This document shows positions 45,187 through 54,425 of a DNA stretch of 64,000 nucleotides, one piece after another. Position 1 is the stretch's first letter. Each line of letters starts with the position of its first letter. The position numbers and the translations under genes were made by a program. The notes below the pieces were generated by a model. It saw nothing but the letters and a program-made list of their open reading frames with translations, searched no databases and was not told the DNA's origin. The stretch comes from an uncultured bacterium. GTDB lineage: Bacteria; Krumholzibacteriota; Krumholzibacteriia; Krumholzibacteriales; Krumholzibacteriaceae. The DNA is taken from assembly GCA_963846325.1 (NCBI GenBank), contig CAWJVO010000002.1, forward strand, positions 851 through 64,850, in the 5' to 3' direction.

Positions 45187-46608
45187 TCACTCCCTCTTGA
45201 GAATGCTTTCGAGCCCGTCGGCGAGCGCGGCGACAACCTCGTCCTCTTCGCCGCCGAGAATCGTTCGAGGATCGATCATTACCGAATTTTCCCTGACGCG
45301 GACCAGGACGGAGGGGCTCCCCCTGCGCAGCAGCGCGGCGAGCCGCTCCGCGCGGCCCGCTGGAAGGGTAATCTGCACGACGACCGTCCGCAAGGGATTT
45401 ATGGGAAAACTGCCGCCGCCTATCGAGGACTCCGATTCGGCTATCTTCACTTCGACGCCGAGCGCGCCCCGCGCGGCGACGCGCCCCGCGAGCCCCTCGG
45501 CCCGCTCCCGCAGGCGCTCCGCCGGTTCCATGATCATGCGGAGCGACGCGATCCTCTCGAAGCCGCCGTTCCAGTAATCGCGCAGCGCCTGCTCGAGACC
45601 CGCCAGCGTCAGCTTGTCGGGCCGGAGCGCCCGCGAAAGGTGATTCTCCTTCATTTTCGCGATGAGCGGGGCTTTTCCGACGAGCGCGCCTCCCTGAGGG
45701 CCGCCGAGCACCTTGTCGGTGCTGAAGCTCATGATGTCCACGCCGCTCTCGAGCGTCGTCTCGAGGCATTCCTCCCCCTCGATCCCCATCTCCCGGAGCG
45801 GGTAGAGCACTCCGCTTCCCTGATCGTACATGACGGGGACGCCGGAGGCCCGCCCCACTTCGGCGAGCTCGCTCAGCGACACTTCGTTCGTATATCCGAC
45901 GATGCGGTAATTGCTCGTATGGACCTTGAGGAGCAGCGTGGCGCCGTCCCGAACGGCTTTCTCGTAATCCTTCCGGTGCGTCCGGTTGGTCGTGCCGACC
46001 TCGATCACGCGCCCCGCGGCCAGCGCGAGAATCTCGGGAAGCCTGAAGCTCCCGCCGATCTCGACGAGCTCTCCGCGCGACACGGCGACGGCGCCGGCAC
46101 CCGCGAGCGTCTGCACCGCGAGCATCACCGCCGCGGCGTTGTTGTTCACGACGAACGCGTCTTCGGCTCCGGTGAGGAGCGAGAGCAGCCTGGCGGCCCG
46201 CAGTCCGCGCTCCGTTCTCTTCCCGCTCGCGAGATCGATCTCGAGATCGGCGTAGGCGCGCGCCGCGGCGTCGATCGCCGCGCGCACGCTCTCCCCGAGA
46301 ACCGCGCGGCCGAGGTTCGTATGAAGGACGACCCCCGTCGCGTTGATGACCCGGCGCGTCCCCGCGGCCGAGAGCGCGTCGAGCTCCGCGACGACTTCGT
46401 CGGCGACGGAAGCGAGGACGTCGCTCCCTGGGGCGAGCGCCTTCGAGCCTTCGAGAAGCGCCGCGCGGCGGCGCTCGATCGCTTCCCGGACGACGCGCGT
46501 GACGCCGCGGCGCGAAAGCAGGTTCATCCGCGGAGCGATCCGGGCGTCTTCGAGAACCTTCTCGACCGACGGTAATTTCTTCAGGGACGATTGAATATCC
46601 ATTTCCAT
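45187..46608 (-). CDS. selA: L-seryl-tRNA(Sec) selenium transferase SelA
   Basis: 473 aa. Recognisable stretches are VINATGVVLHTNLGRA, VVNNNAAAVMLAV, SRGELVEIGGSFRLPEI and FSTDKVLGGPQGG (PLP lysine region). Confidence 0.9.
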   Translation of the reverse strand: MEMDIQSSLKKLPSVEKVLEDARIAPRMNLLSRRGVTRVVREAIERRRAALLEGSKALAPGSDVLASVADEVVAELDALSAAGTRRVINATGVVLHTNLGRAVLGESVRAAIDAAARAYADLEIDLASGKRTERGLRAARLLSLLTGAEDAFVVNNNAAAVMLAVQTLAGAGAVAVSRGELVEIGGSFRLPEILALAAGRVIEVGTTNRTHRKDYEKAVRDGATLLLKVHTSNYRIVGYTNEVSLSELAEVGRASGVPVMYDQGSGVLYPLREMGIEGEECLETTLESGVDIMSFSTDKVLGGPQGGALVGKAPLIAKMKENHLSRALRPDKLTLAGLEQALRDYWNGGFERIASLRMIMEPAERLRERAEGLAGRVAARGALGVEVKIAESESSIGGGSFPINPLRTVVVQITLPAGRAERLAALLRRGSPSVLVRVRENSVMIDPRTILGGEEDEVVAALADGLESILKRE

Positions 46609-46638
46609 TAACCTTGTTGCTCAAGTTGAATCTGTCGA

Positions 46639-46667
46639 TTTCTACCATATATGGGGGATGCGGTCAA
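46639..46667 (-). promoter_or_regulatory. Promoter candidate for selA and downstream minus-strand genes
   Basis: The minus strand reads TTGACC (46662-46667), a 17-nt spacer, then TAGAAA (46639-46644). It lies about 30 nt upstream of the selA ATG in a lower-GC divergent intergenic region. Confidence 0.4.
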
Positions 46668-46810
46668 CAATTTTCACAATATATAGTTCCCGGGGGCGCG
46701 CTTTTCGCGCGCGGACGCGGGGGCTCCCCCTTCGCGAAATTGCTTCTTGATGAAGGTGGGCGCTTCTGGTAAAGAATGCTTGTCGCGAACCCGGAAAAAA
46801 GGAGCTTTCG

Positions 46811-49121
46811 ATGAATCGATCGCTGCGTTTCGTCATATTCCTCTCGCTCGCCGGTCTCGCTCTCGCCGGATGCGCCGCCCGGAAGGCGGGCAGTCCGGAT
46901 CTCTACGCGAGGCTCGGGGAAAAACCCGAATCGCTCGATTCGCGCGTCCTCGCGGGAAGGACGATCGTGATCGATCCGGGGCACGGGGGCGCGTTCGACG
47001 GCGCGCTCGGCGCCGACAGCCTGCGCGAGGCGGACGCGAATCTCGGCGTGGCGCTCTATCTCTGGGGGCTCTGCGCGGACGCCGGGGCGCGCGCCCATCT
47101 CACGCGCACGGCGGATCGCGATCGGCTGCCGCCCGGCTCCACCGCGCCGGGAGACGATCTCTCCGCCCGCGTCGCGAAAGCGAACGAGCTCGAGCCGGAC
47201 GTCTTCGTTTCGATTCATCACAACTCGAATTTCCCGGTCAAGCGGGACGTCAATAAAATCGAAGTCTACTATCGCCCGGGCGATCCGGGCTCCTCGCTCG
47301 AGCTCGCCGGAGACGTCCAGGTGCACCTCGCGCGCAACCTGGGGATCGAGATCTCCGAGGTCAAGCCCGGCAATTACTTCGTTCTCAGGCACTCGACAGC
47401 CCGCGCGGCGATCCTCGGCGAGGCGAGCTACCTCTTCGCACCCCGCCGTCGAGGAGCGCCTCAAGCTCTCGGCGAAACAGAAGCTCGAAGCCGAGGCGTA
47501 TTTCCTCGGACTCGTGGAATATTTCTCGCGCGGCGTCCCATCGATCGAGCGGATCTCTCCGGCGCGCGACACGCTCGCGGCCCCCGGGGAGATCTCGTTC
47601 TCGGTGCGCGAAGCGGCGGGCGCGCCGCTCGATCCCGCCTCGGCGCGCATCAGCCTCGGCGATCGCGAGCTCGTTCCGACGTACGAAGCGGCCGGATCGA
47701 TCGTCCGCTCCCCGATGCCTCCCGACCTCCCGAACGGGACATACCGGCTTCAGGCGACCATCAGGAGCGTGCGCGGAGCGACCGCGTGGAGCGAGGACGC
47801 CGCCATCCTGCTCGAGCGGCCTCCCCGGCACGTCATCCCCCTCCCCCCGAGCGAGAAACCCGGGGGAATCGCGTCGATCTCGGTGAGGGTGCTCGACGAG
47901 CTCGGCCTGAGCGTCGCCGACGGCACTCCCGTCGTCGCCCGGTTCCCGAAAGGCGGCGAAACGTTTTCGGGCGCGTGCAGTGGGGGAACCTTCAGTTTCG
48001 AAACGCCGCTCCCCCTCGCCCGCGAGGCGTTCTCGGTTTCCGCGGACAGCCTGACCGTCGAGGTCGCGCTGCCGGCGTTCGAGCGGCGGACGTCGATTCC
48101 GATCGTCGCGATAGACGCGCTGACGGGGAGACCCGTCCCCCGCCCCGTCGCCGGCGGCAGCCCCTCCGAGAGCGTGCTCGGCGATGAGGCGGGAAGGCTC
48201 CTCGTCCCGGCGTCGATCGGCCCGGAAACGCTCCTCGTGAGCGCGCCCGGCTACGCTCCGGTCCTTCTCGAGGGTCTCCGGGCGGACCCGTCCGCGGCCG
48301 CCGCGACCGTCCGGCTGAGCCCGCTCTTCGGCGGCGCCCTCTCGGGAAAGCGGATCGCCGTCGATCCGGGCGGGGGAGGCTCCGATCCGGAAGGCCGCGG
48401 CCCGGGCTCGCTCCGCGGCGCTTCGGTGAATCTCGAAGTCGCCCGGCTCCTCCGGAATCTCCTCGAACGCTCGGGGGCCTCGGTCACGCTCACGCGAAAC
48501 GGGGACGAGACGATCTCGGCGCAGGAGCGCGTCTACGTCGTGAACCGCGCCGACGCGGAGCTCGCCGTCGGCATCAGGCACGGAGCGCCGCCTCCCTCGA
48601 TCGACGCGCCCCGATGCGTGCTGCACTTCCCGGGAAGCGAGCGCGGGCGATCCGCGGCGGAACGGCTCGCATCCGCCCTCGGCTCCCTCGCGCCGGACGA
48701 CCCGTTCGCGGTCAGGGAATGGGCGGACGTATTCCTCCAGCAAACGGCGTGCGCGGCCTGCGAGATCCACTGCGGCCCGATTGAAGACGCCGGCCGCGAA
48801 GCCGCGCTGAGCGACCAATCGCGGCTCCGCCTCGAAGCGGAACGGATATTCGTCGCGATCGCGGGCCATTTCGGCTATGAGGGCGCCGTCGCCGGCGCTT
48901 TCACGGTGAAAGTGGTCTCGCGCGGGGCGCCGGCGGCCGGAGCGACCGTCGACATCGACCGGCTCTCGATTCGCGCGACCGATTCCGGCGGCTCGGCGAC
49001 CTTCGGCCTCGTCGAACCGGGGATCCATCTCCTGACGATCAGGCTGATCGACGGGCGATCCGCGCTCTTCACGAGGACGATTCTCCCGAACCAATCGACG
49101 CTCGTCGTCGAGATGCCCTGA
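46811..49121 (+). CDS. Lipoprotein N-acetylmuramoyl-L-alanine amidase (Amidase_3) with a central Ig-like region and a second, degenerate Amidase_3-like domain; frame interrupted by an apparent 1-nt frameshift
   Basis: ATG 46811 follows AAGGAG. The lipobox reads SLAGLALAGC. The first domain has VIDPGHGG, EADANL, SIHHNS and ILGEASYL. The frame of ORF 46811..48187 loses homology after ASYLFAP. Homology continues in the frame of ORF 47514..49121 (AVEERLKLSAKQKLEAEAYFLGLVEYF). The switch is at the C4 run 47441-47444. Confidence 0.8.
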
Positions 49122-49210
49122 GGCCGATCCCCCGCGGAGCTCCCGGCCCGCGCTTGACAGGACCGGAAGAGCAATACGATATTACGGGCAAGGGAGAGAG
49201 GGCGCACAGC

Positions 49211-49879
49211 ATGGGGAAAATCGCCGAGCACGATCGCCGGATGCGCACACGGCTCATGCTCATCATCCCCGCCGTGATTCTCATCCATTTCTTTGCGCTT
49301 GTAACCTTCGAGCGCCTCGAAGCGCTCAAGAACCTCATCTCGCTCGGCTACGAGGGCCCGCCGAAGTTCGAACCGGAGATATCGATCGTCGACAACCGCG
49401 CCGTGCCGGCCAAGGTCGCCTCGCGCGAAAAGCGCGTGATGGTCCTTCTGGACGTTTTCGTCGAGGGGGAGGACAAGCCGAAGCGCGCGAAGGGAAACGA
49501 GCCGGCGCCGAAACCGGCCGAACGACAGCGCGAGCGGCAGATCTCGCTTACGGCTCCGGGAGAATACGCCTTCCGATCGTACGCCTCCCGCGCCGCGGCT
49601 CCGTACCGGGAAGATTACGTCATTCTCAGGATGGTCGAGCCCGAATACCCGGACGACGCCCTCCGGGACGCCGAGGAGGGATACGTCCTCGTCGAAGCCT
49701 ACATCGCGAGCGACGGCACCGTGAACGAGGCATACGTGCGCTCCTCCTTCGGCCCGGCGAGCTTCGAGACCTCGTCGACCACGGCGGTGAAGCAGTTCCT
49801 CTTCAAGCCGGTCCGCGAAGGGGGAAAAGCCGTTTCCTTTTGGGTGAGCTTTCTCGTGAAATTCCAGCTGCGCCGCTAG
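49211..49879 (+). CDS. TonB-family protein (N-terminal TM anchor, charged linker, TonB C-terminal domain)
   Basis: Lies in the frame of ORF 49154..49879. ATG 49211 follows GGGAGAGAGGG. The TM helix is LMLIIPAVILIHFFALVTF. The C-terminus EPEYPDDALRDAEEGYVLVEAYIASDGTVNEAYVRSS...AVKQFLFKP is TonB_C-like. A candidate promoter, TTGACA at 49154-49159 plus GATATT, lies upstream. Confidence 0.65.
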   Translation: MGKIAEHDRRMRTRLMLIIPAVILIHFFALVTFERLEALKNLISLGYEGPPKFEPEISIVDNRAVPAKVASREKRVMVLLDVFVEGEDKPKRAKGNEPAPKPAERQRERQISLTAPGEYAFRSYASRAAAPYREDYVILRMVEPEYPDDALRDAEEGYVLVEAYIASDGTVNEAYVRSSFGPASFETSSTTAVKQFLFKPVREGGKAVSFWVSFLVKFQLRR

Positions 49880-51033
49880 CGTTCCGTCTTGAGGACCCCG
49901 TATTCCACGGCCCGTTCGTTTCTCACGGTGTAGAACAGGATGCCCTCCCCCGCGGCGAGATCGAGAAACGGGTGCCGCCTCTTCTCGAGAAGACGGGATA
50001 TCTCTTCTTTCAGGGGCGCGCCGCCCGATTTGCTTTTCGCGAGCGCATCGAGAACGAGCTTCGTCCCCCGGTAGCCTCCGATGACCACCTGATTGATCTC
50101 TCCCGGGGGCTCGTTCACGAGGGCGCACGCTCCCGTGAAGAGACGTTCTCCGTCTCGCTGATCGATATCGGCGGGAAAAAGCGCCCCCTCGAGATCCCTC
50201 CCGGCCATCCGGATGAGACGCCTCGAATTCCAGGCGCTCGTTCCGAGAAGCTGCGAGCCGAATTCGTGGAAGGAGAGCTGCGGCAGGATGAGGATGAGAT
50301 CCTCCGTGCCCGACGCGACGAAAAGCGCCTCGGGATCGGCATCCCGAACGCGCCCGATGGATTCGGCGAAGTCGGTGCTTCCTTCGGGATAGAATTCGGC
50401 GATCACGAGCTCGCCGCCGAGCCGTTCCACCTCGTCGGCGAAAAGGCGCGCGACGCGGCGCGACGCGAGATCGTCGGAAGACAGGAACGCGACGCGCCGG
50501 AGCCCGAGCCGGCCGCAGGCCATCGTGGCGAGAGCGGTGATCTCGACCTCCGAGGACGTGGCCGTCTGGAACACCCACTCCCCGACGTCGCCGATCCCCT
50601 CTTCCGTCGCCACGGGAGAGAGAAGCACCGTTTTCGAAAGCTCGGCGACCTGCGCGGCCGCGATCGTCGAGGAGCTGAGCACTTCGCCGAGGAGAGCGTC
50701 GACGCGTTCCTCTGCGACGAGCCGTTCGGCGACGGATCGACACTCGAGGGGATTGCCGCGCGTATCCCCGACGACGAGATCGACGTTCGTGATTCCCTTG
50801 AGCCGCGCTTCCTTGAGCGCGACGGACGCGCCGCGCAGGAACGACTCTCCGAGCGAGGCGAATCGACCTTCGAGCGGGCAGAGGACGCCGATCCTGCGCC
50901 GGGAGGCCGCTTCCGCCGTTTTCGCCGTCTTCGCCCGATCGGCGGACCCTTCCTGCGAGGCCGCGGGACGGGCCGCGGCGGCGAACAGAAGAGCCGCGGC
51001 GAGCATGAGGCGGCGCCCCGGAATTCGTTTCAT
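49876..51033 (-). CDS. Periplasmic type-I solute-binding-fold protein (LivK/Peripla_BP_6-like), orphan
   Basis: This is the lower part of ORF 49876..51474. ATG 51031-51033 overlaps the upstream stop (ATGA). The signal peptide is MKRIPGRRLMLAAALLFAAAARPAASQ. Binding-protein stretches are RIGVLCPLEGRFASLGESFLRGASVAL and VVGDTRGNP. There are no adjacent permease or ATPase genes. Confidence 0.7.
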   Translation of the reverse strand: MKRIPGRRLMLAAALLFAAAARPAASQEGSADRAKTAKTAEAASRRRIGVLCPLEGRFASLGESFLRGASVALKEARLKGITNVDLVVGDTRGNPLECRSVAERLVAEERVDALLGEVLSSSTIAAAQVAELSKTVLLSPVATEEGIGDVGEWVFQTATSSEVEITALATMACGRLGLRRVAFLSSDDLASRRVARLFADEVERLGGELVIAEFYPEGSTDFAESIGRVRDADPEALFVASGTEDLILILPQLSFHEFGSQLLGTSAWNSRRLIRMAGRDLEGALFPADIDQRDGERLFTGACALVNEPPGEINQVVIGGYRGTKLVLDALAKSKSGGAPLKEEISRLLEKRRHPFLDLAAGEGILFYTVRNERAVEYGVLKTER

Positions 51034-51569
51034 ATCCGCTTCTCCGGAGGCGCGAATCGCCGTTTTCCGAGATACGCGAGCGCGAGCTCGTGGTACTCCT
51101 CCGCGTTCCGGGCGAGCCTCTCGGAAGCGGCCCGATCGATCGTTTTCTTCACCGTGCCGGGAACGCCGGCCACGAGAGAGCAGGGCGGGACGTCGAGCCC
51201 CTTGAGCAGAACGCTCCCCGCGGCCACGATGCTGCCGCCGCCGATCTTCACCCCGTCGAGGATAACGGCGCCCATGCCGATGAGGCATCCGTCCCCGATC
51301 GTGCACGAGTGCAGAATGGCCCGATGCCCCACGGTGACGCGCTCGCCGATCACGAGATCCGGCCCGCCCGTCGTGACGTGGCAGACGCAGAGATCCTGGA
51401 TGTTCGTGTACGCCCCGACGCGAATCCGCCAGACGTCGCCGCGGATGATCGCTCCGTGCCAGACGCTCGCGCAATCGCCGATTTCGACGTCGCCGATCAC
51501 CTGCGCGGTCGGCGCGACGAACACGTCCGCGCCGATCGACGGCCTCTTGTCCTGGAAGGGCTCTATCAC
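51030..51569 (-). CDS. Gamma-carbonic-anhydrase-family / hexapeptide-repeat protein (YrdA/PaaY-like)
   Basis: 179 aa. The sequence PSIGADVFVAPTAQVIGDVEIGDCASVWHGAIIRGD...IGERVTVGHRAILHSCTIGDGCLIGMGAVILDG shows a left-handed beta-helix repeat pattern. Confidence 0.85.
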   Translation of the reverse strand: MIEPFQDKRPSIGADVFVAPTAQVIGDVEIGDCASVWHGAIIRGDVWRIRVGAYTNIQDLCVCHVTTGGPDLVIGERVTVGHRAILHSCTIGDGCLIGMGAVILDGVKIGGGSIVAAGSVLLKGLDVPPCSLVAGVPGTVKKTIDRAASERLARNAEEYHELALAYLGKRRFAPPEKRI

Positions 51570-51578
51570 CGGATCCTC

Positions 51579-52061
51579 CTAAGCGTCGAGATCCCCGAAA
51601 CTCCCCGGATCGAGCTCCTTGAGACGTTTGCGCACGTCGTCCTCGTCCGCCCCGAGCTCGATGCTCCGCTTGTGGGCGTCGAACAGATCCCGGTCGATGA
51701 GGAGCGGCGCCTTGGCCCGCAGCGCGAGAGCGATCGAATCGCTCGGCCTCGCGTCGACGTAGAAGACGTCGTCGGCGCGTCTCAGCACGATGCGCGCGAA
51801 ATACGTTTCGGCCTGGAGCCCCGTGATCTCGATGCGCTCGACCGCCGCGCCGAGCACGTCGACGACGATCGCGAGCAGATCGTGGGTCATCGGCCGCTCG
51901 AACGTCTTGCCCGCGACCGCCGTGAATATCGCCGTCGCCTCGGCGGCGCCGATCCAGATCGGGAGGATCTCCTCCTCGTCCTCCGCCTTGAGGAGAACGA
52001 CGGGATGGCGGCGCTCCTGGTCGAGCGCTATTCCGCGCACGGATACCTCAACGAGCTCCAT
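51579..52061 (-). CDS. Bifunctional nuclease (BFN/DUF151) domain protein
   Basis: 160 aa. The sequence VSVRGIALDQERRHPVVLLKAEDEEEILPIWIGAAEATAIFTAVAGKTFERPMTHDLL...YFARIVL...VDARPSDSIALALRAKAPL shows the typical BFN domain pattern. Confidence 0.8.
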   Translation of the reverse strand: MELVEVSVRGIALDQERRHPVVLLKAEDEEEILPIWIGAAEATAIFTAVAGKTFERPMTHDLLAIVVDVLGAAVERIEITGLQAETYFARIVLRRADDVFYVDARPSDSIALALRAKAPLLIDRDLFDAHKRSIELGADEDDVRKRLKELDPGSFGDLDA

Positions 52062-52070
52062 CGCCGGTTC

Positions 52071-53303
52071 CTACTTGTTCTCTTCCGCCTTGCGCGCCTT
52101 GTCCTCTTCCACGCGCTTCTGCACGCCTTCGAACGTCTCGAGCTTCGGATGATTCGTCTGCATGTTCTCCTTCATCCATTCCGCCGAATCCAGCATCGGG
52201 CTGCCGGGATATTTCTGCTTGAGCTCGTCGAAGGTCCGGCGCGCCTGAACGAAGTCCTTGAGCTCCTCCGCGTAGGTGAACCCGATCATGAAGAGCGCCT
52301 CGGCGGCGTTCTTGTGGGCCGGGTAGAGGTTGACGATATCGCGGTAGAACTGGATGCGGTTCCGCGCGTCGGGCTCGATCTGGGCCATCTCCCAGAGCTC
52401 TTCGGCCGTCCGCTTCGTCTTGTCGAGCCGCTCCCTGACATAGTTCTCCGCCTGGTACTTCTTCTTGAGCTCCTCGACGGCGGTCGTGTACGCGGCTTCC
52501 GTCTTCTGCGCGTGCAGCTTGGCTTCGATCGTCCGCCGGGCTTCATCCAGGGTCTGCGTCTTCTCCGCGTTCTTCTCGGTGACCTTGATGATGGCGAACC
52601 CGTCGTTGAGGCGCACGATCCCGCTCACGACGCCGACTTCGAGCTTCCCGGCCGCCCTACTGAACGCCTCTGTATCGTTGACTCCCTTGATGTAGCCGCC
52701 CGGATTGAAGAAGCCGACGTCGCCGCCGGACGAAGCGGTCGCCTTATCCTCGGACTCGGCGGCCGCGATCTTGTTGAGGGCTTCTCCCTGCGCGAGACGT
52801 TTCTTCCACTTCAGGGCCTTGAGGCTGTCGGCCGTGAAGAGATACTGCGCGCGCATAACGGGCGCCTGGACGAATTCCTTCGGGTTGGCCGCATAGTAAT
52901 CGTCGATCTCCTTCGGCTCGACCGTGATCTTGTCCGCCACTTTTTTCGAGAAATACTCGGCGACGAGGATATTCATCGTGACCCATCTGAGCCGCTCCTT
53001 CATCTCGTCGCTTTTGTCCAGCTTCGCGTCGAGCGCCGCCAGGTACAGGAGGTGCTGCTCGATGAGCCGGTCGACGAATTTCGCCTGGGCATCGGGCCCT
53101 TTGAACTGCTTCTTCTGAGCGTCGGGCAGCTCCTCGAACGTGCGGAGCATGAATTCCTCGGTGATCTTGATGTCGCCGACTCTCGCGGCGAGCCCGGTCT
53201 TCACCTTGACGGCGCCGTCCTTCTTTCCGCGCGAGCAGGACGAAACCACCGCGACGGCGCAGAGCGCCACCAGGACGAACGCGAGAGCTCTCTTCGTGAA
53301 CAT
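52071..53303 (-). CDS. Lipoprotein peptidyl-prolyl cis-trans isomerase (SurA/PrsA-like parvulin) with C-terminal TPR-like region
   Basis: Lies in the frame of ORF 52071..53318. The second ATG (53301-53303) lies 5 nt after AAGGAGG. The lipobox is VVSSC. The parvulin core reads MRAQYLFTADS...GGDVGFFNPGGYIKGV...GFAIIKV. Confidence 0.75.
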   Translation of the reverse strand: MFTKRALAFVLVALCAVAVVSSCSRGKKDGAVKVKTGLAARVGDIKITEEFMLRTFEELPDAQKKQFKGPDAQAKFVDRLIEQHLLYLAALDAKLDKSDEMKERLRWVTMNILVAEYFSKKVADKITVEPKEIDDYYAANPKEFVQAPVMRAQYLFTADSLKALKWKKRLAQGEALNKIAAAESEDKATASSGGDVGFFNPGGYIKGVNDTEAFSRAAGKLEVGVVSGIVRLNDGFAIIKVTEKNAEKTQTLDEARRTIEAKLHAQKTEAAYTTAVEELKKKYQAENYVRERLDKTKRTAEELWEMAQIEPDARNRIQFYRDIVNLYPAHKNAAEALFMIGFTYAEELKDFVQARRTFDELKQKYPGSPMLDSAEWMKENMQTNHPKLETFEGVQKRVEEDKARKAEENK

Positions 53304-53343
53304 TCGTACCTCCTTCATCGGGCCGTTCGTTGAAACAAATTCC

Positions 53344-54420
53344 TTATCGAGACCGGGACCCCGGCCGCCGCCGTTTTCCCATGCGGTCGACGATCTCGCG
53401 AACGCGCTGGCTTTCGCCCCGCTTGCATACGAGCACCGTTTTCCCCTCGACGACGACGATGACGTCGTCGACGCCCACGGCCGCGGTCGTGCCGCCGGGA
53501 TTGAACAGCAGGGTGTTCCGCGAATCGAGGATCTCCATGCGTCCCGCTCCCGCGTTCCCGTGAGCGTCGGCGCGCAGAAGATCGAAGAGAGAATCCCACG
53601 ATCCGACGTCGCTCCAGCCGATATCGGCGGGAATCACGACCACGTTCGGCGCTTTCTCGAGAATCCCGTAATCGACCGATATCGAGGGCATCCGGGGATA
53701 CTCGCGATCGACGACCCGCCTGAAGCTCTTCGTTCCGAGCGAGCGCTCGATCGCCCCGAGCCGGGCCGCACCCTCCGGGATATAGCTCGACCAGGCCGCG
53801 AGAAAGACCGATGGCCGCCACAGAAAGATGCCGCTGTTCCAATAGAAGCGTCTCGCCTTGAGATACGCGGCCGCCCGCCTCGCGTCGGGCTTTTCGTGAA
53901 ATTTCTTCGCCCGGAAGGCCTCGATCCCGCCGTTGGCGTCGAACGCGCGTCCGGCCTCGATGTACCCGTATCCCGTGGCCGGAAACGACGGCGCGACGCC
54001 GAAGGTGACGAGCACGTCGTTCTTCGCGGCGAGGGCCGCGCCGGCCCGGACGATCCTGCCGAATCCGCGTTCGTTCGCGATCGCGTGGTCGGCCGGGCAG
54101 GTGAGGAACGGCTCGTCGCCGCCGAAGCGCCGCACGAGGGCCGCGGCGACCGCGATCGAAGGCGCCGTGTTGCGCCCGACGGGCTCGACGAAGATATGGT
54201 CGGCACGGAGCCGGGGAAGCTCCTTTCGAACGAGAGGAACGAGGGATTCGGTCGTGAGAACGATCATGCGCTCGGGGGGAATGAACGCCGAGAGGCGATT
54301 CCACGTGAGGGAAAGCATGCTTCCCTCCCCCGTGATGTCGAGGAACTGCTTCGGCTTTTCCGCGCGGCTGAACGGCCAGAACCTCGTGCCCTTCCCGCCG
54401 GCGAGTATTGCTCCGTACAT
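53344..54420 (-). CDS. manC: Mannose-1-phosphate guanylyltransferase
   Basis: This is the lower part of ORF 53344..54780. The start is MYGAILAGGKGTRFWPFSR (ATG 54418-54420). Further motifs are FVEPVGRNTAPSIAVAA, GYGYIE and WNSGIFLW. Confidence 0.85.
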   Translation of the reverse strand: MYGAILAGGKGTRFWPFSRAEKPKQFLDITGEGSMLSLTWNRLSAFIPPERMIVLTTESLVPLVRKELPRLRADHIFVEPVGRNTAPSIAVAAALVRRFGGDEPFLTCPADHAIANERGFGRIVRAGAALAAKNDVLVTFGVAPSFPATGYGYIEAGRAFDANGGIEAFRAKKFHEKPDARRAAAYLKARRFYWNSGIFLWRPSVFLAAWSSYIPEGAARLGAIERSLGTKSFRRVVDREYPRMPSISVDYGILEKAPNVVVIPADIGWSDVGSWDSLFDLLRADAHGNAGAGRMEILDSRNTLLFNPGGTTAAVGVDDVIVVVEGKTVLVCKRGESQRVREIVDRMGKRRRPGSRSR

Positions 54421-54425
54421 GGGAA

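Noticed and set aside
46690-46735. GC-rich hairpins (GCGCGC-TTTTC-GCGCGC and a GGGGGCTCCCCC palindrome) in the selA/amidase divergent intergenic region.
   Set aside because: They sit between divergent promoters and cannot be terminators for either gene. They are short, and similar GC palindromes arise by chance in this composition. They may be a regulator site, but I have no supporting evidence.
49876-49879. Convergent genes (the TonB-like gene on plus, the binding protein on minus) share a palindromic CTAG. Both stop codons overlap and no terminator lies between them.
   Set aside because: This is a real sequence feature but a common consequence of compact genomes. I see no specific functional implication I can support.
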